The notes under the pieces are model-generated. The model was not told the DNA's origin, made no database searches, and saw only the letters and a list, made by a program, of their open reading frames with translations. From Haloparvum sedimenti (lineage in GTDB: Archaea; Halobacteriota; Halobacteria; Halobacteriales; Haloferacaceae), in the NCBI RefSeq assembly GCF_001462205.1, contig NZ_LKIR01000068.1, positions 15,798-36,218 on the forward strand: 20,421 nucleotides of DNA, given 5' to 3'. Within the stretch, counting starts at the first letter, position 1. Each line of letters opens with the position of its first letter. Shown piece by piece: positions 1 through 8,731 of the stretch. Position numbers and translations under genes: made by a program.

Positions 1-20
1 CCGATACTCCCGCCGCTCGG

Positions 21-1646
21 GTGCTGGTCGTCCAGGACGGCGACGGCGGGGCCGACAGGCGCGTCGTCGTCCCCGACTCGCTCGCGGCCGCAGCGGAGCG
101 GTACGCCGCCGAGCGCGGGGTCGGCGCGGGAGAATCGCTGGTCGACCTCTCGCCGCGCCGGATCCAGATGCTCGTCGCGGAGGCGGGCGAGCGCGCGGCC
201 GAGCGGACGGGCCGGGACCGGTTCCGTGAGGTGACCCCGCGCACGCTCCGCGGCACCTTCGCACGCCGCCTCCTCGTCGAGGAGGAGGTCGACCCCCGGA
301 TCGTCCGGGCGGTCGGCGGATGGGAGACGCTCGACGCGCTCGACCCGCACCTGCCGGAGCCCTCGGAGGGGGCCGTAGTCGCGGCGCTCGCGGACGACCG
401 GGCGACCGGCGCCGCGGACGAGGTCGAGGATGGGTCGGTCGAGGGGGAAGCCGACCCCGACGAGCACCGGGCCGATGAGCGCCAGGTCGACGAGCGCCGG
501 GTCGACGCGAGGCCGGGTTGGTTCGCGGCCGCCGTCGCGGCGGTGGTCGACGCGGACGACCGTCCCGACCTGCTGTCCGGCGTGCCGGCGGCGCTGGCGG
601 CCGACCGGCGGTGGGAGGCGGCGTGGACGGCCACGCGCGAAGGTCGGGAAGGAGCGCTCTCCGTCGCCGCCGCTGCGGGAGAACCGGCCCCGCTCGACGC
701 GGTCCGTGGGTCCGGCGGCGGGGACGGCGGGCGCGACGGGAGCGGAATCCCCTGGAACGGGGCGCTCGACCGCGGCGAACCGGTCGCGGGCACCATCGAG
801 GCGGAGGGGTCGGAGCGCCCGGCGCTCGCGGTCCCGCTGGCGTACGCGGGGGCGACCGACGGCGTCTGCTGTGTGGTCGCGGCGGACGACCCGCCGACCG
901 ATCGGGAGCGGCGCGCGGTGGAGCTTCTCGGCCGCGTCGCGGGGCGCGGACTGACGGCGCTCCGCTGGCGCGACTTGCTCCACTCCGACGCGGTGTTGCG
1001 ACTGGAGTTCCGCACGAGCGACGCGCGCGCGTTCCTCCCGGCGCTCACCGACCGACTCGACTGCACCGTCGAACTGGAGTCGACGGTCGTCGTCTCCGAC
1101 GCGGAACTGCTCTGTTACCTCTCAGTCGAGGGCGCGCGCCCGCCCGCGGTCGCGGAGGTGATCGACTCCGTTCGCGGGGTCGCCGAGCCGCGAGTCGTCG
1201 AGACGCGCGAGGACGGCTGTCGGCTCTCGGTCGTCGTCTCGGGAGGATCGCCCGTCCGCGCGCTCACGCGCCGCGGGGCGACCATCGCGGAGGCGACCGC
1301 GGAGGAGGGCCGGCTCCGGGTCGTCGCGGAGGTGCCCGCGGGCACGGAGGTCGGCCCCATCGCGGACGGGCTCCGCGCGTCGTTCCCGGACGCGCGGCTC
1401 GTCGGCCGGCAGGTGGTGGACACGCCGCCGACCACGGGGGCACAGCTCCGCGAGACGGTCACGGAGCGGTTCACCGACCGCCAGCGCACGGCGCTGGAGG
1501 CCGCCTACGAGAGCGGTTACTTCGACTGGCCGCGGGACAGCACCGCGGAGGAAGTCGCCGACGCGATGGGCGTCTCCTCGCCCACGTTCCACAACCACCT
1601 CCGGAAGGCCCAGCGGGAGCTGCTCGAGGCGGTCTTCGAGCGGTAG
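21..1646 (+). CDS. Bat-type (HTH_10) DNA-binding regulator, 5'-partial. The reading frame stays open to the window edge. It has a GAF-like middle region, and its N-terminal part resembles the C-terminal box of tyrosine recombinases.
   Basis: The C-terminus ...TERFTDRQRTALEAAYESGYFDWPRDSTAEEVADAMGVSSPTFHNHLRKAQRELLEAVFE is a textbook HTH_10 (bacterio-opsin activator) domain. The residues near the N-terminus, SPRRIQ...VTPRTLRGTFARRLL...VDPRIVRAVGGWETLDAL, match the integrase box-II pattern HxLRHxxAxxLL...LGH...T..Y.H but lack the catalytic His and Tyr. No stop codon occurs in frame back to position 3, so the gene probably starts outside the window. Confidence 0.6.
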   Translation: MLVVQDGDGGADRRVVVPDSLAAAAERYAAERGVGAGESLVDLSPRRIQMLVAEAGERAAERTGRDRFREVTPRTLRGTFARRLLVEEEVDPRIVRAVGGWETLDALDPHLPEPSEGAVVAALADDRATGAADEVEDGSVEGEADPDEHRADERQVDERRVDARPGWFAAAVAAVVDADDRPDLLSGVPAALAADRRWEAAWTATREGREGALSVAAAAGEPAPLDAVRGSGGGDGGRDGSGIPWNGALDRGEPVAGTIEAEGSERPALAVPLAYAGATDGVCCVVAADDPPTDRERRAVELLGRVAGRGLTALRWRDLLHSDAVLRLEFRTSDARAFLPALTDRLDCTVELESTVVVSDAELLCYLSVEGARPPAVAEVIDSVRGVAEPRVVETREDGCRLSVVVSGGSPVRALTRRGATIAEATAEEGRLRVVAEVPAGTEVGPIADGLRASFPDARLVGRQVVDTPPTTGAQLRETVTERFTDRQRTALEAAYESGYFDWPRDSTAEEVADAMGVSSPTFHNHLRKAQRELLEAVFER

Positions 1647-1710
1647 GGCGCTCGAGGACGGCGTTCTCCTCGCCTCCGGCGGCGTTTCTCACGCGCTGCT
1701 CCGAGCGAAT

Positions 1711-1739
1711 TTTTGATAATTAGATACGGGGCTTATTAC
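1711..1739 (+). promoter_or_regulatory. AT-rich TATA-box-like elements upstream of acs (TTTTGATAATTAGATA and CTTATTAC)
   Basis: This is the only strongly AT-rich patch in a >65% GC context. It lies 28-56 nt upstream of the candidate acs starts and fits a leaderless or short-leader haloarchaeal promoter. Confidence 0.5.
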
Positions 1740-1766
1740 CCATGATCTGTAGTGTACGACCGTCCC

Positions 1767-3758
1767 ATGACAGAGGGTGACGCGGAACTCGAAGCGCGAC
1801 TGGCAGAACAGGAGGTGTTCGAACCGCCCGAGTCGTTCGTCGAGCAGGCGAACGTCTCGGACCCGGGCATCTACGAGGAGTTCGAGGAGAACTGGCCGGA
1901 GTGCTGGGAGGGCGCGGCCGACCTCCTCGACTGGTACGAGGGGTACGACCAGGTCCTCGACGACAGCGACCCGCCGTTCTACGAGTGGTTCACCGACGGG
2001 AAGCTGAACGCCTCGGCCAACTGTCTCGACCGGCACCTCGACGAGCGCGGCGACGAGGCGGCCATCGAGTGGGTCGGCGAGCCGGTCGACGAGGCGGACC
2101 GGACGTACACCTACGAGGAGCTCCACCGCGAGGTGAACGAGTTCGCGGCCGCGCTGCGCGACATCGGCGTCGGCGAGGACGACGTGGTGACGCTGTACAT
2201 GCCGATGATCCCGGAGCTTCCGGTCGCGATGTTGGCCTGCGCCCGCATCGGCGCGCCCCACAGCGTCGTCTTCGCGGGCTTCTCCGCGGACGCGCTCGCG
2301 ACCCGGATGAACGCGGCCGACTCCGAGTACCTCGTCACCTGCGACGGCTACTACCGCCGCGGCGACCCCCTCGACCACCTCGGGAAGGCCGAGGAGGGGC
2401 TCTCGGGCGTCGAACACGAGACCACGACGGTCGTGGTCGACCGCCTCGGTCCGAACGGCGACGGCTTCGGCCACGACCTCGGCGACAAGCACGACTACGG
2501 CGACCTCGTGGCCGCCCACGCGGGCGCGGAGGTCGATCCGGTCGTCCGCGACGCCGAGGACATGCTGTTCCTGATGTACACCTCGGGGACCACGGGCAAG
2601 CCGAAGGGGGTCAAACACACCACCGGCGGCTACCTCGCGTGGGCCAGCTGGACCTCCCAGTCCGTCCTCGACATCAAGCCCGAGGACACGTACTTCTGCT
2701 CGGCCGACATCGGCTGGATCACGGGCCACTCCTACATCGTCTACGGGCCGCTCGCGCTCGGGACGACGACGATGATGTACGAGGGGACGCCCGACCACCC
2801 GGACCGCGACCGGCTGTGGGAGATCGTCGAGGAGTACGAGGCGACCCAGCTGTACACCGCGCCGACCGCGATCCGCGCGTTCATGAAGTGGGGGTCGGAG
2901 TACCCCGACGCCCACGACTTATCCAGCCTGCGGCTGCTCGGCACCGTCGGAGAGCCGATCAACCCGCGCGCGTGGAAGTGGTACTACAAGCACATCGGCG
3001 GCGAGGAGTGCCCCATCGTCGACACGTGGTGGCAGACCGAGACCGGCGGGATGATGGTCACGACGCTCCCGGGCGTCGGCGACATGAAGCCCGGATCGGC
3101 CGGACCGCCGCTCCCGGGCGTCGACGTGCGGATCGTCGACACCGGGGGCGATGAGGTCGAGGCGGGGCGCGCCGGCTACCTCACGGTCGACAAGCCGTGG
3201 CCCGGCATGCTCCGGACGCTGTACAACAACGACGAGCGCTACATCGAGGAGTACTGGGCCGAGTACTCGGACCTCGACAGCGACGACCCCGACGACTGGG
3301 TCTACTTCCCGGAGGACGGGGCGAAGATCGACGAGGACGGCTACATCACCGTCCTCGGCCGCGTCGACGACGTGATCAACGTCTCCGGCCACCGGCTGGG
3401 GACGATGGAGATCGAGTCGGCCATCGTCGGCGTCGAGGGCGTCGCGGAGGCCGCGGTCGTCGGCGGTCACCACGACATCAAGGGCGAGGCGGTGTACGCC
3501 TACGTCATCACCGAGGAAGGGTACGAGGAGAACGACGAGCTGCGCGAGCGGATCGTCGCGGGCGTCGAGGACGCCATCGGCCCCATCGCCCGCCCCGAAC
3601 AGGTCGTGTTCACGCCCGACCTGCCGAAGACGCGGTCGGGGAAGATCATGCGCCGCCTGCTGGAGAACATCGCGGACGGCGAGGAGCTGGGGAACACCAG
3701 CACGCTCCGGAACCCGGAGATCGTCGAGGATATCCAACGGAAGGCCGGCGGCGACTGA
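1767..3758 (+). CDS. acs: Acetyl-CoA synthetase (AMP-forming), acetate--CoA ligase
   Basis: It carries the AMP-binding signature MYTSGTTGKPKGV and the ACS-specific DTWWQTETGG and PKTRSGKIMRRLL motifs over roughly 660 aa. There is an in-frame GTG at 1752, but the ATG at 1767 (MTEGDAELEARL...) is preferred. AT-rich TATA-like elements lie at 1711-1739. Confidence 0.9.
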   Translation: MTEGDAELEARLAEQEVFEPPESFVEQANVSDPGIYEEFEENWPECWEGAADLLDWYEGYDQVLDDSDPPFYEWFTDGKLNASANCLDRHLDERGDEAAIEWVGEPVDEADRTYTYEELHREVNEFAAALRDIGVGEDDVVTLYMPMIPELPVAMLACARIGAPHSVVFAGFSADALATRMNAADSEYLVTCDGYYRRGDPLDHLGKAEEGLSGVEHETTTVVVDRLGPNGDGFGHDLGDKHDYGDLVAAHAGAEVDPVVRDAEDMLFLMYTSGTTGKPKGVKHTTGGYLAWASWTSQSVLDIKPEDTYFCSADIGWITGHSYIVYGPLALGTTTMMYEGTPDHPDRDRLWEIVEEYEATQLYTAPTAIRAFMKWGSEYPDAHDLSSLRLLGTVGEPINPRAWKWYYKHIGGEECPIVDTWWQTETGGMMVTTLPGVGDMKPGSAGPPLPGVDVRIVDTGGDEVEAGRAGYLTVDKPWPGMLRTLYNNDERYIEEYWAEYSDLDSDDPDDWVYFPEDGAKIDEDGYITVLGRVDDVINVSGHRLGTMEIESAIVGVEGVAEAAVVGGHHDIKGEAVYAYVITEEGYEENDELRERIVAGVEDAIGPIARPEQVVFTPDLPKTRSGKIMRRLLENIADGEELGNTSTLRNPEIVEDIQRKAGGD

Positions 3759-3817
3759 CCGACCACACCGTTTTTCGAGACGAACCGAGCGACGAACGAC
3801 TCACACTCACACGCGAC

Positions 3818-4219
3818 ATGACAGACAATAGCTCACACGACACGGCTGAGGACGGCCCTCGAACCGACGGGGGCGTCGCCTCGGGTGCGGCACAGAAGCA
3901 TCGGGAGACGGATTATCTGGGGTCGGAGGTGAACCTCCTCAACCCGAGTACGCCGTACATGCGCGAGCACCTCCGGATCGTCTGGACGGGGTTCGCCATC
4001 TGGGCGGTCGTGGTCTTCGGCCCGGTGACGGCCACGTACCTGGCGCCCGGCGCGATGACGACGACGATGCCGATCATCGGCTTCCCGCTCCACTACTTCC
4101 TCATCGCCATCGGTGCGCCCGGCGGCGCGTTGCTCCTGTCGGCCTGGTACGCTAGGCGACGCGACGAACTCGACGAGAAGTACGGCATCGACCACGGCGC
4201 AACGGAGGCTGACGCATGA
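3818..4219 (+). CDS. DUF4212-type small membrane protein (putative sodium:solute symporter small subunit)
   Basis: The 133-aa product has two predicted TM helices (FAIWAVVVFGPVTATYLAP and FPLHYFLIAIGAPGGALLLSAWY). Its stop overlaps the symporter start (ATGA at 4216-4219). The long upstream extension of ORF 3197..4219 lies inside acs and is rejected. Confidence 0.7.
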   Translation: MTDNSSHDTAEDGPRTDGGVASGAAQKHRETDYLGSEVNLLNPSTPYMREHLRIVWTGFAIWAVVVFGPVTATYLAPGAMTTTMPIIGFPLHYFLIAIGAPGGALLLSAWYARRRDELDEKYGIDHGATEADA

Positions 4220-5904
4220 CGCTCCCCGCGGCGCTGCTCCAGAGCGAGCTGCTCCCGGAGGGGCTCAACGTCTCGTTCAAGATCCTCCCGGCGCTGCTCG
4301 TCATCGGCATGCTGCTTATCTTCCTCGCGATCGGCTTCGTCTTCCGCGTGGCCGACACCGAGAACATGTGGGTCGCCGGGCGCTCCATCGGCAACCTGGA
4401 GAACGGCATGGCGATCGGCGCCAACTGGATGTCCGCCGCGTCGTACCTCGGGATGGCCGCGCTGATCGCGACGGCCGGCGTGTACGGACTCGCGTTCGTC
4501 GTCGGCTGGACGACGGGCTACTTCATCCTGCTCATCTTCCTGGCCGCCCAGCTGCGGCGGTTCGGGAAGTACACGGCGCCGGACTTCGTCGGCGACCGCT
4601 TCAACTCCGACACCGCCCGCGCCATCGGCGCGGTGACGACGTTCCTCATCGGGTTCGTCTACGCGATCGGACAGGCGCGCGGGATGGGCCTCGTCGGGCT
4701 GTACATCTTCGGGGACCTCGGCTTCTGGGGGCTCAGCGGCTACCAGGCGATGGTGATCATCATGATGACCATCACCGTTGGCTACCTGACGCTCTCGGGG
4801 ATGCTGGGCGCGACCAAGAACATGGCCGTCCAGTACGTCATCCTCATCGTCGCGTTCGTCGCCGGGCTGTACGCGGTCGGCTTCACGAACGACTACTCGA
4901 CGATCCTCCCGCAGATCGAGTACGGCGCGCTGATCGCCGACCTGAGTGCCGAGTTCTCCGAACCCTTCGTCAACGCCAGCTACTACCTCTGGATCGCGAC
5001 GGCGTTCTCGCTCGTCGTCGGCACGTGTGGGCTCCCGCACGTGCTGGTGCGGTTCTACACGGTCGAGAACGAGCGGACCGCCCGCTGGTCCACCGTCTGG
5101 GGGCTGTTCTTCATCTGCGTCCTCTACTTCAGCGCCCCGGCGTTCGCGGCGTTCGGAACCGACCTGTACAGCGAGAACATCGGCGCCGTCTACGGCGACC
5201 CCGGCATGACGACCGAGGCCGCGGACGTGATCGTCGTGTTGGCCGCGCAGCTCTCGAACCTGCCCGAGTGGTTCGTCGGCCTGGTCGCGGCGGGCGGTAT
5301 CGCCGCCGCGATCGCGACGACCGCGGGCCTGTTCATCGCCGGCTCCTCGGCGATCTCCCACGACATCTACACCAACATCGTCAACCCCGACGCGACGCAG
5401 CGCCAGCAGGTGCTCGTCGGTCGCCTCAGCATCGTCGCGCTCGGCGTTCTCACGACGCTGGCGGCGCTCGACCCCGCGGCGCCCATCGCCGCGCTGGTGT
5501 CGTACGCCTTCTCGCTCGCGGGCGCGGTGCTCTTCCCGATGTTCTTCCTCGGCATGTGGTGGGAGAACACCAACCGCGAGGGTGCACTCGCCGGCATGAC
5601 GACCGGACTCGTCCTGTGGTCGATCCCGATGGTCAACGAGGTCGTGCCGAACTACCTCGGCTACGACGCCGGCTTCGTCTACGTCGATGCGCTTGCGACG
5701 TGGATGCCCGCCATCGGCTCGGCGCTCATCGCCGTCCCCGTCGTCTTCGCCGTCACGATCGGGGTGTCGCTGATGACGGACGACCCGCCGCTGGAGACGA
5801 AGAAGATCGTCCGCCAGTGTCACAGCCCCGAACCGATGCGCCAGCAGCAGACCGCGGAGGACGTGGTCGCGACCGACGGCGGCGAAACCGGAGGTGACGA
5901 CTGA
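4216..5904 (+). CDS. Sodium:solute symporter family transporter (cation/acetate symporter ActP-like)
   Basis: A 562-aa polytopic membrane protein with SSF-family topology and composition. It is translationally coupled to the DUF4212 gene upstream and to usp downstream, where TGATG at 5902-5906 overlaps stop and start. It lies next to acs. Confidence 0.8.
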   Translation: MTLPAALLQSELLPEGLNVSFKILPALLVIGMLLIFLAIGFVFRVADTENMWVAGRSIGNLENGMAIGANWMSAASYLGMAALIATAGVYGLAFVVGWTTGYFILLIFLAAQLRRFGKYTAPDFVGDRFNSDTARAIGAVTTFLIGFVYAIGQARGMGLVGLYIFGDLGFWGLSGYQAMVIIMMTITVGYLTLSGMLGATKNMAVQYVILIVAFVAGLYAVGFTNDYSTILPQIEYGALIADLSAEFSEPFVNASYYLWIATAFSLVVGTCGLPHVLVRFYTVENERTARWSTVWGLFFICVLYFSAPAFAAFGTDLYSENIGAVYGDPGMTTEAADVIVVLAAQLSNLPEWFVGLVAAGGIAAAIATTAGLFIAGSSAISHDIYTNIVNPDATQRQQVLVGRLSIVALGVLTTLAALDPAAPIAALVSYAFSLAGAVLFPMFFLGMWWENTNREGALAGMTTGLVLWSIPMVNEVVPNYLGYDAGFVYVDALATWMPAIGSALIAVPVVFAVTIGVSLMTDDPPLETKKIVRQCHSPEPMRQQQTAEDVVATDGGETGGDD

Positions 5905-6362
5905 TGTACGAACGGATCCTGATCCCCACGGACGGCAGCAAGGTGGCTGAGGCGGCGGTCGACCACGCGCTGGACCTCGCCGCGCAGTACGAGGCCGAAG
6001 TCCACGCGCTGTACGTGGTCGACATCGACTCGATCAACCTCGGGCTCGGCACCGAACAGGTCGACCGGCTCAAGCAGGGCCGGTTCGACGAGATGGACGA
6101 GGTGAAGGAGCGCTCGGAGAAGGCGACCGGCGCCGTGGCCGAGCGCGCGGCTGAGCGCGGGATCGACGTGGTCGAACACGTCTCCGCCGGTCGCCCCCAC
6201 AAGCTCATCGGCGACTACGCCGAGAGCAACGACATCGACCTGATCGTGATGGGGAGCCACGGCCGCGCGGGCGTCAAGCGCGCGCTGCTGGGCAGCGTCA
6301 CCGAGCGGACGCTCCGCTCGACGCACGTCCCCGTCCTCGTGGTCGACTACGAGGAGGAGTAA
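5904..6362 (+). CDS. Universal stress protein (UspA family)
   Basis: MYERILIPTDGS...HALYVVD...DLIVMGSHGRAGVKRALLGSVTERTLRSTHVPVLVVD is the classic UspA fold signature. A T6 run at 6432-6437 follows the stop. Confidence 0.85.
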   Translation: MYERILIPTDGSKVAEAAVDHALDLAAQYEAEVHALYVVDIDSINLGLGTEQVDRLKQGRFDEMDEVKERSEKATGAVAERAAERGIDVVEHVSAGRPHKLIGDYAESNDIDLIVMGSHGRAGVKRALLGSVTERTLRSTHVPVLVVDYEEE

Positions 6363-6467
6363 GCTTCAGGTGGGTCGCCCACGACACCCTCCCGTGAGCG
6401 ATCCCACGCCGACGTACCGACGGACGACGACTTTTTTCCCGCACCGACGACCGCGGAGGTCCCGCCG

Positions 6468-6701
6468 ATGAGCCTCGGCGATCGCATCTCGGCGCACCTC
6501 CGCGAGAATCGCACCGGCATGGTCCACGACCTGCTGTTCGCGGTCGCGTGGGTCGCGTTCGTGACGGTGCTGACGAGCACCGTGTTCACGACCGCGCCGC
6601 AGTGGGCGTACTACCTGTTCATGCTCGCGGGGATCCCGGCGTACTTCGGCTTCTTCATCTCGCTGGAGATCGCCAAGGAACAGCAGGCGGCCCGCGACTG
6701 A
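6468..6701 (+). CDS. Small hypothetical membrane protein (2 TM helices)
   Basis: The 77-aa ORF has two hydrophobic segments (LLFAVAWVAFVTVLTSTVF and YYLFMLAGIPAYFGFFISL). GGAGGT sits 8-13 nt upstream of the ATG. The gene is convergent with aroD. Confidence 0.45.
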   Translation: MSLGDRISAHLRENRTGMVHDLLFAVAWVAFVTVLTSTVFTTAPQWAYYLFMLAGIPAYFGFFISLEIAKEQQAARD

Positions 6702-6724
6702 GGTGCTGAGCGGTCGATACGGAA

Positions 6725-7417
6725 CTACTCACCGACGAGTCCGTCAACGAGCGCGCGAAGCTCGGCGAGCGGATACTGCCCGGGTGCGGTCGCGTTCTCG
6801 GGGTCGACCGGCGCGTAGCCGATCCGCGAGCCGTACACGGGCGCGACCGCGCGGGTGTGTCTGCCCGGCTCGCCCATGCACATCGTCGCGACCGTGTGAC
6901 CCGCCTCCGCGGCGCGGTGGGTCGCCTCCAGCATCGCCAGCGCGTCCGCGCGCACCTCCGCGGTCGTCGCCAGCTTCGCAACGTCGCCCTGAGCGGCCGC
7001 GTCGGCCAGCAGGTCCGCGAGCGCGTCCGCCGGCGGCGTGGACGCGAAATCGTGGACGGAGGCGATCACAGCGGCGTCCTCCGCGCGGACCGTCTCGCGG
7101 AGCGCGCGGGCGTGGGCCTGTTCCCCCTCGGGCGCGGTCCCGTCGAGCGCCGCCAACTCCACGTCGACTGCTCGGACCGCGTCGACCGCGGCCGCGGCCG
7201 CGAGGTCGTCCAGTCGGTTCGGCTCCGCCGCCTCGCCCCCTTCCCACGTCGCGCGGTTCGTGGCGATCACCGGGAGCTCGCCGTCGTAGTCGTCGAGCGC
7301 CACCAGCGGGTCGGCCGCCAGGTCCATTCGGAACTCCACGGCGTCGGCGTGCTCGCGGGCCGCCGGCTCCTCCGACAGGTCGGCGGTGCTCGCCGCCAGC
7401 ACGAACTCGTCGAACAT
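6725..7417 (-). CDS. aroD: 3-dehydroquinate dehydratase, type I
   Basis: The product starts MFDEFVLAAST and contains EFRMDL, VIATNR..EGG and the active-site region ATMCMGEPGRHTRAVAPVYGSRIGYAPV. The ORF track extends it to 8380, but that part is a low-complexity S/T/P/R-rich sequence overlapping tfb, so the start is placed at the ATG at 7415-7417. A TATA-like ACCTAAGT lies at -24..-31 (7441-7448). Confidence 0.85.
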   Translation of the reverse strand: MFDEFVLAASTADLSEEPAAREHADAVEFRMDLAADPLVALDDYDGELPVIATNRATWEGGEAAEPNRLDDLAAAAAVDAVRAVDVELAALDGTAPEGEQAHARALRETVRAEDAAVIASVHDFASTPPADALADLLADAAAQGDVAKLATTAEVRADALAMLEATHRAAEAGHTVATMCMGEPGRHTRAVAPVYGSRIGYAPVDPENATAPGQYPLAELRALVDGLVGE

Positions 7418-7504
7418 GCCCGACACTGCGCCCGCCGCCGACTTAGGTGTGTCCGCCGCGGACCGCGCCGTAGGTGGGCGGACGGGTGACGGACTGCACA
7501 GAAG

Positions 7505-7540
7505 CAGAAGCAGAAAACCAGAGAAGAAGAAAAACGGACC
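7505..7540 (-). terminator. Oligo-T / polypyrimidine tract immediately downstream of the tfb stop
   Basis: The minus strand reads ccgtttttcttcttctctggttttctgcttctgcttctg, with T5 and T4 runs. Archaeal intrinsic terminators are oligo-T tracts. Confidence 0.55.
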
Positions 7541-7547
7541 TACCGGA

Positions 7548-8531
7548 TCAGGCGACGAGGCCGTCCTCGGCCTCCAGCAGCTCGTGGTAGCGGTTTCGGA
7601 TGGTGACCTCGGAGATGTCGGCGACCTCCGAGACCGCCGCTTGCGTCGTCTTCTCGTTGGTGAGCAGCGCGGCGGCGTAGACGGCGGCCGCGGCGAGGCC
7701 GACCGGCGACTTGCCGGAGTGGACGCCCTTGTCCTTCGCGTTGCGGAGGAGCTGTTTGGCGCGCATCTCGGACTCGTCGGAGAGCTCCAGGTCGGAGGCA
7801 AACCGCGGGACGTACTGCTCGGGGTCGGCGGGCTTGACCTCCAGCTTGAGCTCGCGGACGACGTAGCGGTAGGTGCGGGCGATCTCCGACTTCTCGACGC
7901 GGGAGACGTCCGCGATCTCGTCGAGGCTGCGCGGGACGCCGGCCATGCGGGCGGCTGCGTAGACGCAGGCGGTCGAGACGCCCTCGATGGAGCGACCGGG
8001 CAGGAGGTCCTCCTCCAGCGCGCGGCGGTAGATGACGGAGGCGGTCTCGCGGACGTTGTCCGGCAGCCCCTGCGCGGAGGCCATGCGGTCGATCTCGCCG
8101 AGCGCCTGCTTGAGGTTGCGCTCCTTCGAGTCGCGGGTGCGGAACCGCTCGTTCCACTTGCGGAGCCGCTGCATCTTCTGGCGCTGGCGGGCGCCGAGCG
8201 AGCGGCCGTACGCGTCCTGGTCGCGCCAGTCGATGTTCGTCGACAGCCCCTTGTCGTGCATCGTGTTGGTCGTCGGGGCGCCGACGCGGGACTTCTCGTC
8301 CTTCTCGCGGGAGTCGAACGCGCGCCACTCCGGCCCGCGGTCGACCGAGTCCGCCTCGACGACGAGCCCGCAGTCCGCACAGACGGTCTCGCCGTGCTCC
8401 TCGTCGGTGATGACGTTCCCGTCGCACTCGGGACAGGTGAGGCTCTCGGCCTCGCTCTCGCTTTCGGTCTCGTCTTCCGTTTCCGTTTCGTGGCGGGCGG
8501 ATCGGCCCCGCACGTGTGATCGTTCGCTCAT
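7548..8531 (-). CDS. tfb: Transcription initiation factor IIB (TFB)
   Basis: It has an N-terminal Zn ribbon (CPECDGNVITDEEHGETVCADCGLVV) and two cyclin-like repeats and runs the full 327 aa. A TATA-like TTCTATCG lies at -26..-33 (8557-8564). Confidence 0.93.
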   Translation of the reverse strand: MSERSHVRGRSARHETETEDETESESEAESLTCPECDGNVITDEEHGETVCADCGLVVEADSVDRGPEWRAFDSREKDEKSRVGAPTTNTMHDKGLSTNIDWRDQDAYGRSLGARQRQKMQRLRKWNERFRTRDSKERNLKQALGEIDRMASAQGLPDNVRETASVIYRRALEEDLLPGRSIEGVSTACVYAAARMAGVPRSLDEIADVSRVEKSEIARTYRYVVRELKLEVKPADPEQYVPRFASDLELSDESEMRAKQLLRNAKDKGVHSGKSPVGLAAAAVYAAALLTNEKTTQAAVSEVADISEVTIRNRYHELLEAEDGLVA

Positions 8532-8731
8532 GGGTGTATGGGTCCCCCGGACGAACCGATAGAAGCCGAGGAAGGTCTTACGGAGTGGATGCGAGGCCGA
8601 CGCATAAAGGGACCGGAATCGGTCCGCCCCGCGTCCCGCGGTCTCGACCGCTCTCCGTGCCCGACGCGACTCCCGAGCACGGCCCCGACCGGACGGCCGA
8701 CACGAACGCGATCGCGCCGACCAAAGCGCCC

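Noticed and set aside
3197-3817. Long N-terminal extension of the DUF4212 ORF into acs
   Set aside because: It is an Arg/Gly-rich alternative frame inside acs. The real protein starts at the ATG at 3818, after the acs stop and a T5 run.
4093-5823. 576-aa ORF on the minus strand antisense to the symporter gene, and similar long ORFs at 1689..2915(-), 1901..3154(+), 2919..3737(-) and 4113..5897(+)
   Set aside because: They are Arg/Asp/Gly/His-rich low-complexity translations typical of alternative frames in high-GC DNA. They fully overlap genes that carry strong family motifs, and none has a recognisable domain.
6725-8380. The ORF track extends aroD to 551 aa
   Set aside because: The upstream 320 aa are S/T/P/R-rich with no domain, and they overlap the well-supported tfb gene on the same strand in another frame. 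The DHQase domain begins exactly at the ATG at 7415-7417.
8516-8731. N-terminal 72-aa extension of the BtuF-like ORF
   Set aside because: It overlaps the tfb start codon and promoter and is Pro/Arg-rich. The SBP-fold homology begins after the ATG at 8732/8759.
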